A DNA stretch of 64,000 nt from the human T2T-CHM13v2.0 reference genome, Homo sapiens, in the NCBI RefSeq assembly GCF_009914755.1, contig NC_060928.1; one strand, written 5' to 3'. Positions 28,691-46,105 of the stretch are shown piece by piece. The position numbers and the translations under genes are program-made. Each line of letters starts with the position of its first letter. Within the stretch, counting starts at the first letter, position 1. The notes under the pieces were generated by a model, which saw only the letters and a program-made list of their open reading frames with translations, was not told where the DNA came from and did not search any database.

Positions 28691-30129
28691 AATTACCTCT
28701 ATGGTATGGCCAAATTACCTCTATGATATTTTGAATATATGCATGTTAATAAGGTTAAATGAATATTCAAAAGACTTAAAATATCTTGAAGAGAGGCACA
28801 AAATCCTACTCATTTTGGGCTTCAGGGACCAGCACTGTACCAGCTACATAAAAAAACACTAAATGTATTTGTTGAACGAATAAGTGAATGGATAAATGAA
28901 TGTAGAATCTTAAACATTCACTTTGGCTCAATGAATATTTATTGAGCATTTTCTAGTTCCAGAAACTGAGCAAGACACTGAGAAAACAAATATAGATAGA
29001 GATCTATCTGATAGGGAAGACAGACAGGTTAACTTGATAGTATATTGGTTTAATTTCTTGCTAAGAGAAACATCAGGCAATTAAATGGAAATATATCAGA
29101 CACAGATGAAAAAAGTATGTTATTTAGGAGAATGACAGAACTCCTTTAAAGAAAATTCTAAAATCTGATTCCCCATCCTCCCTTTTAACAAGAAATATAA
29201 GAAATTACACTGAAAGTCAATGGATAATCATGATTCAAGATAGTCAATTTCCTATGCATAAAACTTTTCATTAACACGTCTATCACTACACGAGAACAGC
29301 AAAGAAGAAAGATGAACAAGATCATAAATTATAATTTTCTTCCAGTTCTACGTTGAAAGCTTTTTTTGAGGCTCCAATAAAAGTTCTGGTTAATTTTAGA
29401 TTACTAATTTGTAATTCAAAACTTATAAACTTCAAAAGCATTTATGAAAAATCTAATTAATATTTCTCTTTCATATATTCCTTAAAACAAAGTAACATCT
29501 TACTTAAAATAACTGGGACAGAATAACTCTACTCAGTTAGATCTTTGCCCTCACTACCTCACAGAACTGACACATATCACACAATATGACTGTATATTAG
29601 GTAAAATACATGTATACATCAAGAATGAATATATTAAATTTCAGCTGATGTATGCTCAATAATTGCTTCTACTTTTTGACTTATTTAAAATGTGAAATAA
29701 TAAGTCAACATTAAACAACTAATAAGTCAACAATTCAACAGATGTTTGTTGAGTGCCTGGTATGTTTTAGTGCTGTTTACATCCTTGCTTTAGTTAGTAA
29801 AGGGAAGGAAGGTCTTCTCTCAAAATCTGCTTGTTTGTCAAGTCACATAGCTTCCTGGGACCTATTGCCATTATCTTTCCTATTTTAGAAGTTTTACTTA
29901 TTTTATTCACGTAGTCAAAATTCAAAAAAAAAAAGGGAATAAGTACCTATTTCTGAGTCTGCTAAATGTCTATTAACACAATGTCATTGCATTAACTGTT
30001 GTCAATGACACAGCTATCAGCTAGTCAAACCATCATGAGAGATAAAATCTTCTTTTCTCTAATCAGATTATTGTAGTTATTTAGAAATGAAATGTTCTAA
30101 ATAGAAGGCTTCAATAGAAGAGGTTCAGA

Positions 30130-30798
30130 TCCAATTAATCATCATATCTATTACTTTTACCCCTTTAATTACTCTCTAAACTTTCCACTTTTATTCGCTC
30201 CCACTGCATTGCTCAGTTCCAAAAACTAGCATCTCTCACTAGGATGCCAATGTTCTCCAACTTGTAGCTAGAATGATTTCTCTAAATGTGTATCTCATCA
30301 GGTCACTCCCCTTAACTCTATTTTAAAAAATCAGGATCACATTTTAATGCAAGGATGATAAAACTGGAAGTTGCTTTGGAAATTGCTCCCAGCTGGTTTC
30401 TTCAGTTCTCAGAGCCTTACCGTGCTCTCCTTTCACCCTTAAATGTAATAGCTCATCCACACTAACCTCTACATTTCTACAATTTTCCACGTCTGTCCCC
30501 TCTGGGCCTTTGCACATGTTGTTCTTCTTGGCATTGCAGGGAGGAGCTAGAATCTGTGACTAAGTAAATTCTACTCAATGTAGAGTCTTCTGTGTCTTCC
30601 CATTCCCCAGCTCATTAGACACCATTTCCTTCTGGGAGCTCACCTTGTCTTAGGGCTCACCACAGTTTATGGTTTCTTGTCTCTACTAGGTTGTAAGCTC
30701 TTTGTAGGCAGATATGTCTTATTCATGGGTTTACCTCTAGTACTTAGCAAAGTTCTTTGCATATAATTAGTACTTAATAAGTATTCATTGAATGAATG
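30130..30798 (+). mobile_element. L2 3' region
   Basis: gggcctttgcacatgttgttc...tagtacttaataagtattcattgaatgaatg. Confidence 0.7.
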
Positions 30799-31472
30799 TA
30801 TTATAATAGCAAATCTATTTACAGAGAATGTCTAAAGTACCAAAGCTGAGGGGGGTTGGTGGTTGTGGTTAACTGCAAGCCGACAGCAGAACCTGCCAAG
30901 TTTGGGTGTCTCAAGTAGAAGTGAAAAGTAAGCAGGGATTAAGTGGGAGTTGGGCTTCCTGTCTGCAAAGTCCAGGCTGGGAGATGAAATGGATGAGTGC
31001 ATGGCAGAAAATATCATCACATACTGAAGAAGCTGACTGCTAAACTTAGCCTAACATGTTTTAAATTGTAACTTTTCCAGATTCTCTTTCATAGCAGAAT
31101 GTCACTGACAGTCCACAGATATTGTCTCCAAAATGGCAATTAATACTGAATACAGCAATTCTAGCCTCTTTCAAGGAGAACCATCTGACCCAGAAGCTGA
31201 AAAGAATTTACTTAAGAAGGCACCAATTTAATAAGCATCCATGATTTTACATTTAATTAACTTTTTGAGAAAATTGTGCTTTCAAAATCTAGTTAAACAA
31301 AAGAGGTAGTAAATCTCTTTAATGCCTCAACATCAAATTCCAATGGAGTATGATTTTTTTTAAAGTTTCAGATTTTTTTTTCTGAGAAATATCAAACTGC
31401 TTTTATTATCCGTCTCGGCAACCTATAATATATAAGAAACAGATCAAACTAATAATCTTAAACATGTCTTAA

Positions 31473-31919
<447 letters not shown>

Positions 31920-32674
31920 TGAGGACTTTTGGTTTCCGGTATGGTGTGTAAGGAGCTTAAAAGTCCATCACTCTGTAATTAGAACAAGTAAAATACTGAA
32001 CAAACTGACAAATTAACACTCTTCTTAGATCTGCCATAGAAGTGAGTTTACAGTGCAAACTGCTGCCCCTAAAATTGGAGAGTAAGACAGGTTAGGATAG
32101 AGTGTCACAATTTATCAGAGCAGAAATCCACGAGCAGAAACCTCCTCTGAACCATCATGAGGTAGGAAAACATAAACTTTTAACTGATGAATTGCTGAAG
32201 GATCAGTGTGGACAAGTCTGAAAGATAAAAACTTTAGGGGGACCTAATCTTAAGGGGATCCTCACACTTCTGTGAGTTTTACTTCCAAGAGTTGTATCAG
32301 AGCTTCACAGTGAATACCAGAGGAAAAATCTCTTTCTGCTTCTGGAAGAAGGAGGAGAAAAGAAACAACTTTGAAATATGGCAGAGAATGCTGTTTGTCT
32401 TAACAAGGTCTGCCCTCAGGAACAACTACTTTAGTAGAGCCCAACCTGCTGGGGTTTTATCAGAGTCTAACAAACCTAGGGAAATAGAAATCCCCAATTC
32501 TACCCAGCTGTACCCTTAAGCACCAGTGTAGATCACAGTCTAGAGGTACAGGCTTATGAAAAGACTGAGATCTAAATATAGGACTACAGAATGCTTCCTC
32601 TTTCCCCATAACTTACCACTATTATTATTGAAGGCTTATTTACCAGAGTTGTGCTTTTTTTTTTCCTAACCTAG

Positions 32675-33080
32675 TGTATTAGTCCATTCTCACATTGCTA
32701 TAAAGAAAAACCTGAGACTGAGTAATTTATAGCAAGCTTAACTGGCTCTTCTTCAGGCTGCACAGGAAGTATGGCAGCATTTGCTTCTGGGGAGACCTCA
32801 GGGAGCTTTTACTCATGGCAGAAAGCAAAGCGGCAACAGGCACTTCACATGCTGAAAGCAGGAACAAGAGAGAGAAGGAGGAAGGCCACACACATTTAAA
32901 TGAACAGATCTCAGGAGAACTCACTCCTTATCACGAGGACAGTACCAAGAGGATGGTGCTAAACCATTCGTGAGAAATCCAACCCCATGATCGAATCACC
33001 TCCCAGCAGGCCCCACCTCCAACACTGGGGATTACAATTCAACATGAGATCTGGTGGGGACACAGATCCAAACCATATCA
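32675..33080 (-). mobile_element. MSTA-like MaLR solo LTR inserted in L1MD
   Basis: tgtattagtcc...aaaccatatca; 5-bp TSD CCTAG at 32670-32674 and 33081-33085. Confidence 0.92.
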
Positions 33081-34177
33081 CCTAGTACATCATGCCCACC
33101 TTTCAATAAATAACAAGGCATACTAAAGGGCAAAAACACAGTTTGAAGAGACTGAAAAAGTTTCAGAACCAGAGTCAAATATGACAAATATGTGGGAATG
33201 ATCAGACCAGACATTTTTTAAAACTGTGAATCATATATGAAGGGCTTTAATGGAAAAAATAAGATGCCATGCAAGAACAGGTGGATGATGTAAACAGAGA
33301 GATGAATATTCTAAGAAAGAATCCAATAGAAATGCTAGCTTGACCATCAAAAGCACTATACCAGAAAAATGGAGAATGTCTTTGATAGGCTCATTAGTAG
33401 ACTAGACAGGGCTGAGAAAAGAATCTCTAAGCCTGAAGATATGACAATAGAAAAAACTTCTAAAACTGAAGAGCAAAGGAAGAAAAAGACTGATAAAAAA
33501 GAAAGCAAAGAATATCCAAGACAACTTAGATTGTGGGACGATGACAAAAAGTGTAAATATGTGTAATTTGTGTAATGGGAATAGTGGAAGGAGAAGAAAG
33601 AGAGAAAGAAATAGTAACAACATTTGAAGCAATAATGACTGATAACTTCCTGAATAATTATTGTGAGACAGCAATAACAGTTTGACAGTTTCCTCAGATC
33701 CAGGAAACTCAGAGAACACAAGGTATGATAAATACTAAAAAACAATCCCTAGGCATACCACATTCAAACATCAGAAAAACAAAGAAAAAGAAAAAACAAA
33801 GAAAAAATCTTTACAAAGATTCTCAGAAACTAGGCAAGAAGAAGAGTGTGGAATGAAACAAAGTGTTAAGAAGAAAACAAAACCAAAAAACCCTAGAATT
33901 CTATATTCTGTGAGATTATCCTTCAAATGTGAGAAAATAAATACTTTCTCAGACAAACAAAAAGAAACTGTAGACCTGTCTTGCAAGAAATGTTTAAAAC
34001 AAAGTTTTCAGGAGAAGAAAAATTACAAAGATTGGAAACTCAGATCTACAGCCAGAAAGAGAATCAAAGAAGGAATAAGTGAAGACAATAAAAACTATTT
34101 TTCATATTCTAAATTGATCTAATAGGTAACAGTTTGTCCAAAGTAATAATAGCAACAATTTATTCAATTATGTATGC

Positions 34178-34178
<1 letters not shown>

Positions 34179-34209
<31 letters not shown>
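34179..34209. repeat. (TG)n microsatellite
   Basis: About 15 TG units. Confidence 0.95.
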
Positions 34210-34213
<4 letters not shown>

Positions 34214-34312
34214 ATGTATAAGTGAAATAAATAACAGCAGTGATACAAGGGACAGGAGAGAAGACTAACATTTTGTTATTATAAGATACCGATACTACCC
34301 ATGAAGTAGTAT

Positions 34313-36697
<2,385 letters not shown>

Positions 36698-37410
36698 CTT
36701 TTCTACAGATTCAATGAAATCCCAATCAAAATCTCAGCAAGTTATTTTTTGATATATACTAACCAATTTTAAAGTTCATATGAAAAGAAAAAAGACCCAG
36801 AATAGCCAAGAGAATATTGATGGAAAAGAACAAAGATAGAAGACTGACACTACTCAACATTGAGACTTACCATAAAGCTACAGCAATCAGACACTGTGCT
36901 ATTGGCAAAAGAACAAACAAAGAGATCAACGGTACAGAACAGATCTTTGAGTATAGAAATACACTCTCATAAGTACAATCAACTGATCTTTGATAAAAGA
37001 GCAAAGGCAATACACTGGAAAAAACATTCTTTAATAAATGGTGCTGAAACAACTGAAAACTCACATTAAAAAAAAATGAATGCAGACACAGACCTTACAC
37101 CTTTCCCCAAAACTAACTCAAAATAGATCACACACCTATGTTTTATGTAAAACACAAAACTCTAAAACTTCCCAGAAAACAAAGGAGAATATTTAGATGA
37201 TCTTGGGTATGCTGATGACTTTTTAGATATAAGACCAAACACATAATCCATGAAAGAAACAAATTGATAAGCTTAAAAACTTAAACTTAAAAACTTCCAC
37301 TCTGCAAATGACACTGTTGAGAGGATAAGAAAAGCTGCAGACTGAAAGAAAATATATCCAAAACACACACCGGATAAAGCTTCTGTTATCCAAAATATAC
37401 AAATAACTCT

Positions 37411-37671
37411 TTTTTGTCCATTTGTTTGTTTTGAGATGGAGTGTCACTCTGTCACCCAGGCTGGAGTATAATGGCTTGCAGTATCTTGGCTCACTGCAAC
37501 CTCTGCCTCCTAGGTTCAAGCCTCTCAAGTAGCTGGGATTACAAGCATGCACCACCATGCCCAGCTAATTTTTGTCTTTTTAGTAGAGATGGGGTTTCAT
37601 CATGTTGGCCAGGCTGGTCTCAAATTCTTGACTCAAGTGATCTGCCTGCCTCAGCCTCTTGAAGTGCTAGG
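37411..37671 (-). mobile_element. Alu (J/early S) inside L1MD, 5'-truncated with a small internal deletion
   Basis: TSD aatatacaaat(aact/cacc)ct; lacks the usual gattctcctgcctca segment after ttcaag. Confidence 0.88.
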
Positions 37672-38290
37672 AATATACAAATCACCCTCAAAGCTTAACA
37701 TGAAAATGAACAATCTAATAAAAAAATGGATGAAAAACCTGAAGAGATACCTCACCATAGAAGAATGCAGATGGTAAGCGAGCATATGAGATGATGTTAA
37801 TCATTGTATGTCATTAGGAAATTTCAAATTGTAACAATGGAATATCACTACACACCTATTAAAAAGGCCAATATCAAGAACACTGACAACACCAAATGCT
37901 GGTGAGAATTCTTACAAAGGTAAAGCTATGGAGACAGTATGGAGCAACAGGAACTCTCATTCATTGCTGGTGTGAATGCAAAATGGTATAGCCACTTAAG
38001 AATACTGGCAGTGTTTTAGAAAACTAAATATACACTTACAACATGATTCATCAGCAGCACATTTAGGTATTTACCCAAATGAGTTGAAAACTTATGTCCA
38101 TGCAAAAACCTATATATGGATGTTTATAGCAGCTTTATTCATAATTGCCAAAATTTGAAAGCAGTCAAGGTGTCTTTCATTGGGTAAGTCAATAAACTCT
38201 GGTACGTCCAGACAATGAAATATTATTCAACGACAAAAGGAAATAAGCTATAAGGCCATAAAAAATAAATAGAAGAAATCTAAATATGTA

Positions 38291-38613
38291 CAGTTGATTC
38301 TTGAACAACATGAGGGGTAGAGTATCAACCCCCCAACAGTTGAAAACCCTTGTATAACTTTTGATTCCCCACAAATTTAACTACTAATAGCCTACTGTTG
38401 ACTGGAAGCCTGAAGGATAACAGAGTTGATTAACACATATTTTGTATGTTACGTGTATTATATACTGTATTCTTAAAATAAAGTAAGTTAGAGAGAAGAA
38501 AATGTTACTAAGAAAATCCTAAGGAAGAGATAATAAATTTACACTCATTAAGTGAAAGTGGGTCATCATAAAGGTCTTATCCTCATCATCTTCACATTGA
38601 GAAGACTGAAGAG

Positions 38614-38646
<33 letters not shown>

Positions 38647-38744
38647 AAGTTGGTCTTGCTGTCTCAGGAATGGCAAAGGTGGAGGAAAATCCACGTATAA
38701 GTGGACCTGTGCAGTTCAAACCCATGTTGTCCCAGGGCTGACTT
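38291..38744 (-). mobile_element. Tigger2a non-autonomous DNA transposon inside the L1MD 3'UTR
   Basis: TA|cagttgattcttgaacaaca...tgttgtcccagggctgactt|TA TIRs; internal (GAG)n tract. Confidence 0.88.
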
Positions 38745-39374
38745 TATTACTAAGTGAAAGAAATCAATCTAAAAGGTTATATACTGTATGATTCTAACTA
38801 TATGATATTCTGGAAAAGGTAAAGCTATGGAGACAGTAAAAGATTAGTGGTTGCCAGAAGTTGGGGGTAAGGAGGACAGAACAGGCAGAAGACAGAAGAT
38901 TTTTAGGGCAATGCAACTATTCTGTATGATCCTACAATTGTGGTTACAGAACGTCACACATTTTTAAAAACCCATACAATGTAAAACACCAAGAGTGAAC
39001 CCTAGCATAAATTATGGACTCTAGGTGATAATCATGTACCAAAGTAGGTTTATACAGTAGTACAATGTACTATTATAACTAATGTACTAATGTTGTATGG
39101 GGATTTTGATAGTGTAGGAGGTGGTAAACTTGTAGAGATAAGGGTATATGGAAACTTTCTGTATTTCCACTCATTTTTGCTGTAAACTTAAAACTGATCT
39201 AAAATATAAAGTTTATTAGAAGTTTAAAAAGAATTGTCAAAGTTTCAAAAAATCCTATAGTCCACAATATTTTATCTAACTTCATGAAGATGAATTATAA
39301 TAAATATGGGAGGTGATATAACACCAAGAAATCCAGATCTGTATTAAAAAGGGCAATAATAATAATAATTACCA

Positions 39375-39658
39375 TTTTTATTTTAAATTGAGACAGGGTC
39401 TCGCTCTGTCAACTAGGAAGCAGTGGCATAATCTTGTCTCACTGCAGCCTTGATGAACCGGGCTCAAGTGATCCTCTCACCTCAGCCTCTCAAGTAGCTG
39501 GGACTACAGGTGCATACCACCACACCAGCTACTTTGTAAAAATGTTTTTGTAGAGATGAGGTCTCACTATGTTGCCCAGGCTGATCTTTAAGTCCTAGGC
39601 TTAAGCAATCCTCCTTCCCCGGCCTCCTGAAGTGCTGAGGTTACAAGCATGAGCCACA
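39375..39658 (-). mobile_element. AluJ
   Basis: gagacagggtctcgctctgtc...ggctcaagtgatcctctcacctcagcc. Confidence 0.9.
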
Positions 39659-40416
39659 GAATTAATGTGATGGTATAGATATGTTAAGAAGAAATCCTTA
39701 TTCTCATCAAAGAATAAAAATTACTAAAGCAAAGAAACAAAATAGAAATAGGCCCTCTGGAATTTATGACAATTATCCCTGAAAAAAATTCTGATATCAA
39801 ATAGTATTTATCACGAAGAACCTACCTCCTTCTGTAGGTTGTAACTAAAGAGTCTTTAGGAGACAAGTTTATATCTTATCCCACACAAACTGAAAGTTTT
39901 CACGAACATAAAGGAAACATGATACGTGGGTAGAAGGATTTAATTTGCCACTGTGGAGCACCATAATAGAGAGAAGTTAATCGTGTATTTTGCCTTCCAC
40001 TCAGAATAGAATCAAAAGTATATGACAAAGCATCCCTTTCTATTAAAAGGACAGAATGTCATGAGCATTTAAAGTGTTCTTCCTTAAAAAATATAACAAA
40101 ATCATTAATTGTTTTATTAATTTTTCAATAAAAGGAACACGATCCGGATATGCCCTTTCATGAGGAAAAAAAAAACCACTAAAATTGTTAGTATACGTAC
40201 TGGAAAACCAGTATTTTTCCCACATGAGACATACTAAAATTCTAGATTCATTGGTTTTCACTATAATGAACATTAAATTTCATTTTAAAATAGCCCAGAT
40301 GTTTTGATTCAAACAAAATTCCATTTTCTAAAAACAAACAAGAAATTTAGTATAGTTATAGCATCAGGGTTTGCTATTTAAAATATAATGCATTTTATGT
40401 AGATTAACTGTTTATT

Positions 40417-40731
40417 CTTTTTTTTTTTTTTTTTTTTTTTTTTTTCATTTTTTAAGTCAGGTTCTTGCTCTGTCACCTAGAGTGCAGTGGCATGATCACA
40501 GCTCACTGCAGCCTGGAACTTCTGGGCTCAAGTGATTTTCCGCCTCAGCCACCCTAGCAGCTAGGACTACATGCAAGTGCCATCACCACAGACTGATTTT
40601 TAAAACTTTTTTGTAGACAAAGAGTCTTGCTATGTTGCCCAGGCTGGTCTCGAACTCCTGGGCTTAAGCGATCTCCTGTCTCAGCCTCCCAAAGCACTTG
40701 TGATTAGAGGTGTGGACCACTGTGCCCAGCC
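40417..40731 (-). mobile_element. AluJ with long poly(T)
   Basis: Run of about 28 T then a diverged Alu body ending tgtgcccagcc. Confidence 0.9.
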
Positions 40732-41060
40732 TCCTTCTTAAATACAAATGATGATCTTGAAACAAAATTTGTAGACTCAGCTATGTTCTATAAAGTATTT
40801 TCAAAGGGATTACACTATTTTAGTTCTTTTTTTTTTTATTTCTCCCAACACCTTACTTCAGTGACTTCTAACTGGGCTAAGCTATCTCTAAACTAAGTCC
40901 ATTTTTGCTTGAAGCTGTCTACACAGAACAATATCGTGGCAAACGTTGTATTGTACTGTAATTACTAATTTTTTTTTTGGTCTCTTGAACAAGTATTCAC
41001 TCAACAAACACATAATACGGATTTTCTCTGACATACAGTTCCTGAAATAAATGTCATTAA

Positions 41061-41629
41061 TGAAGGGTAACAAAATATGTCACTCCAAAGTATGCCACTT
41101 GTAAAAATTATTTTTTGCTAAAGGCAATTGTGAAGAAGCAGATACAGATAAAGCTCTTTGCTTTCCCTCTGTCTGCCTAAAAGCATGACATAAATTTGTA
41201 GAGTTTTCTCTCCTGCCCTCTCTCCAGGGAAGGCAGAAGTTAGTGACAACCTAGAGCCTGAGCCTGGAGACTGCACCAGAGGAATCCGCATAAGAAACTT
41301 TACTACAGCCAGCCATTATCTGCCATTAATTATCCTCATCTATTTACCTTCATACAATTTGCTGTTCCTATAGACTCAAAGTCCTCTTCCTTTGTTTTGT
41401 CTCTTCTCTAAGAATTTATTGTTCTTTTAAGATGATATATAAGCTGAAGTTCTAACCACCCTTTTGAGTTACTCATCTCTGAGTGCTTCCATGTGAACGT
41501 ATTATACACAGTTTAATAAACGTCTGTTTGTTTGTTTTTTCCTTAATCTTTCTCCTGTCAGTCTAATTTGCGGGGTCCCAGCCGATAAACCTAAAACGGG
41601 TAGAGGGAAAACAATTTTTCAAGCCAACA
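41061..41629 (+). mobile_element. MER34-family ERV1 solo LTR
   Basis: tgaagggtaacaaaatatgtcactccaaagtatgccac...gcctaaaagca...tatataag (TATA)...aataaa. Confidence 0.8.
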
Positions 41630-41936
41630 CATATGTTCAGGTGACTGCCCATGTTAAAGCCTTATTTACCATTAGCCCTAGAAATGAACTTGATCTGTGA
41701 TCTGCCTTATCTGCTTAAGGCTGAAGTCTCTGCCTGAAGGCCTCTCCCTTGGGGACTACAATCTAGCTCCACTTCTCTTATCTTTCGGTAAATTCACATC
41801 TCTATAAACTTAGCCCTCCTTGTTCTCCAGAGCCGCTGAGGTGTGCCTAGAAACCATGCTAGGCACAAACCCTGGAAAGGATTATTTGAAAAAAATCAGG
41901 GCAGTTCATTATTTGCTGTAAAGATGACTTTGCGTT

Positions 41937-42296
41937 ATTTTATTTTATTTTATTTTATTATTATACTTTCAGTTTTAGGGTACATGTGCACAATGTGCAG
42001 GTTAGTTACATATGTATACATGTGCCATGTTGGTGTGCTGCACCCATTAACTCGTCATTTAGCATTAGGTATATCTCCTAAAGCTATCCCTCCCCCCTCC
42101 CCCCTCCCCCCACCCCACAACAGTCCCCAGAGTGTGATGTTCCCCTTCCTGATGAGTTCATGTCCTTTGTAGGGACATGGATAAAATTGGAAATCATCAT
42201 TCTCAGTAAACTATCGCAAGAACAAAAAACCAAACACCGCATATTCTCACTCATAGGTGGGAATTGAACAATGAGAACACATGGATACAGGAAGGG
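41937..42296 (-). mobile_element. L1PA2/3 3'UTR insertion with 5' inversion
   Basis: Minus arm 41937-42151 with (TTTTA)n tail, plus-strand inverted arm 42150-42296; TSD gatgactttgc at 41923-41933 and 42297-42307; GAG (non-Ta) diagnostic. Confidence 0.93.
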
Positions 42297-42412
42297 GATG
42301 ACTTTGCTTTCATAAAAGCCTTTCCCATTCATTCCTGAGTCTATGTGCAAAAGAGACTACTAATGCCTTATTGTTAAAAATGGCTAGATAACTGAATAAA
42401 AATATATAAATT

Positions 42413-42503
42413 TAAAATAGCAAGAAATATATATATTTCTTGTTATTATATATGTTTCTTGCTATTATATTTCTTTATATATATCTTTCTATATATTTCT
42501 TGC

Positions 42504-42540
<37 letters not shown>
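42413..42540. repeat. AT-rich palindromic repeat plus (TA)n
   Basis: aatagcaagaaatata/tatatttcttgttatt and further tttcttgctatt copies; about 15 TA units. Confidence 0.9.
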
Positions 42541-42542
<2 letters not shown>

Positions 42543-42556
42543 AAACAGTAAGAAGA

Positions 42557-42705
42557 GGCTGGGCATGGTAGCTCACACCTGAGCACTTGGGGAGGCTGAG
42601 GAGGGAGGATAGCTTGAGACCGGAAGTTTGAGACCAGCCTGGGCAACATAGCAAGACCCCATCTCTATAATAAAATAAAATTTAAAAAGAAAAAAAAAGA
42701 AGAAA
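42557..42705 (+). mobile_element. FLAM_C / Alu left monomer
   Basis: ggctgggcatggtagctcacacc...cctgggcaacatagcaagacccc plus A tail. Confidence 0.85.
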
Positions 42706-43687
42706 ATTTTTTCATAGAACTCATGTTCTTTGTTTTGATTTTTTAGAAAGTAAAAATCATTTCATTAGAAGAAGACTCAATGCACCTATAAAAATAGAAC
42801 TTCCATTAGATTCTGAATAGCTAACATTCCACAGGAAATATGTACAAGCACCACACTGCCAAAACTATCATCAAAAGGAGGAACACAAGGAACATTCCTT
42901 CTTTGGGAATTCAAGTAGTTATTTTATCTCGGAACTCATTGGGTAAGTGGCTCTAATTTTCCATGAGAGTATTTCATTGATATCTTTAAGATATCAATGT
43001 ATATTTCTTAACTATATTTAAAATGTGCATTTTTCTAAAGCTGCTTACTTTTCCTTTTCATAGATTATTGCTGCAATGATCACGTAATTTTGAGAAATTA
43101 GACACTTATATCTGTTATGCTCTCTTTTCAGTCATTGAAAATGCATACTTTTAACCATTGTTTTTCAATTTTTCTAATGCTTTATTGGATTGTGTTTAGT
43201 TTATTAATCTCATTTACTGGTAGATCATTTTCAGGATAACTGCTGATAATGCTCCTCTTAAACTTTAAATACTAAAGAATAATTGCAAGAATTTGAGCCC
43301 TTCATTCTAGAGGCAGAAGTTCAGTTGCCTGTTGCAGCATATTTCAAATTACTATGGTTTGTATGTAAACTTTTACCTTCTTCACTTTGGTTTCAAAGAC
43401 ATTAATAACCCAAACAAATACCATTGCTAAAGACATAATCCACTTTAGTTAAAAATCTTATTCTGTTTCCATGTGAACTGCTTTCTTTATGTTCTTCACC
43501 AAATATTATGCTGAATTTCTAAAAAATGATACAAGAAAAAATAAACTGTGTGATTCTCATCATGCCCTTAATTTAATAAGGAATACAGAAGCTATAAATT
43601 TTAAAATATAGATATAAATAATTTGATGACTGTGGAAAACTGGCATAGTAGAAGGTTTTGACCTAACACTGAAGTGCTTCTTGCAGC

Positions 43688-44212
43688 AGAAGGAGATCAA
43701 AATATATCACGCCCAAATATGCCACTTTGGCATAAGGATTATTTTGAGCTAAAGCTAAGTGAGAATCAACAGATATAGAGAGAATTATCTGCCCTCCCTT
43801 ATCTGCCTAAAAGCAGGGAATAAATTTCCCTTTAAGGAAGATGCTCTCTTTCCCCAACACCAGTGAGAAAGATTGACTCATCACAGAAGACAGGGAGTCG
43901 ACAGCAGATGAGTTTGCAGAAACAGATCTTACTAAAATAGCCCTTATCTTCCATTAGCTCCTTCATATATTTACTAGTCACTTTTCCATAAGTCAATTCT
44001 CCATTATCTCTTGAAGCCCAAATTCTTTTAAGGGTATAAAAGCCTGAGCCTAACTGCTTCTTTGAGTTTCACTTCTTTTCTGTGAACTCCCATGCACATA
44101 AATATTAATACAAATTATATGCCTTGTCTCTTGTTAATCTCTCTCTTGTTTAATTCTCATGCCCCAGGCACTGAACCTAAAAGGACAGAAAAAAGTGTTT
44201 CCTCCCTGACCA
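43688..44212 (+). mobile_element. MER34-family ERV1 solo LTR (second, different subfamily)
   Basis: gaaggagatcaaaatatatcacgcccaaatatgccactttggcataaggattattttgagct...ggtataaaa...gaacctaaaagg. Confidence 0.8.
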
Positions 44213-44469
44213 AGCTGTGATCAAACTCACTTCAGAATGTTATTACTTAAGTAATGAGAACTCACAAAAGTGTTTTTTATTCCACCATTCATCATAGCAT
44301 GAAGGACATATCTCAGTTTACAATACCATACCTTGATCTGCAAAACAAAGATCTGACAAATTAAATGTATTAAGAAATAACATGTCTGCTGCTTAAAAAA
44401 TATGGTAGGTGTATTGCTCCCAGTAAATATAGAAAAAATAAAAATCCCTGCGTTCCAATAACCTCACCT

Positions 44470-45950
<1,481 letters not shown>

Positions 45951-46105
45951 AGCTGAGAAAGGACTGAAGAGGAAGCACTACTAGAACAACATAGAGCCAG
46001 ATGAAACTACGGCCACATGAGCAAGACATGGATGAACTGGGACTGTGGAGAGGAGCCTGTGCAGTAGGATTGTGCAGAAGTAGCGCTTTAGTCTCTATTC
46101 TAAAT

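Larger units (their letters stand above)
31922..34312 (+). mobile_element. L1MD (L1MDa-like) 5'UTR plus degenerate ORF1
   Basis: ggacttttggtttccggt...gtaaggagctt...caaactgctgcccctaaaattggagag; ORF1p-like translations at 33369 (FDRLISRLDRAEKRIS) and 33853 (PRILYSVRLSFKCEKINTFSDKQ). Confidence 0.8.
36698..39229 (+). mobile_element. L1MD/MC ORF2 end plus 3'UTR
   Basis: ctacagattcaatgaaatcccaatcaaaat...aacaccaagagtgaaccctag...aaaactgatctaaaatataaagtttatt. Confidence 0.88.

Noticed and set aside
28830-28980. Second tail-to-tail L2 pair as a miRNA hairpin
   Set aside because: Arms pair poorly and are about 50 nt apart.
41061-44212. Two same-strand MER34 LTRs about 2 kb apart as one provirus
   Set aside because: Their middle regions differ (different subfamilies). 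No PBS follows the first, no polypurine tract precedes the second, and no gag/pol/env-like sequence lies between.
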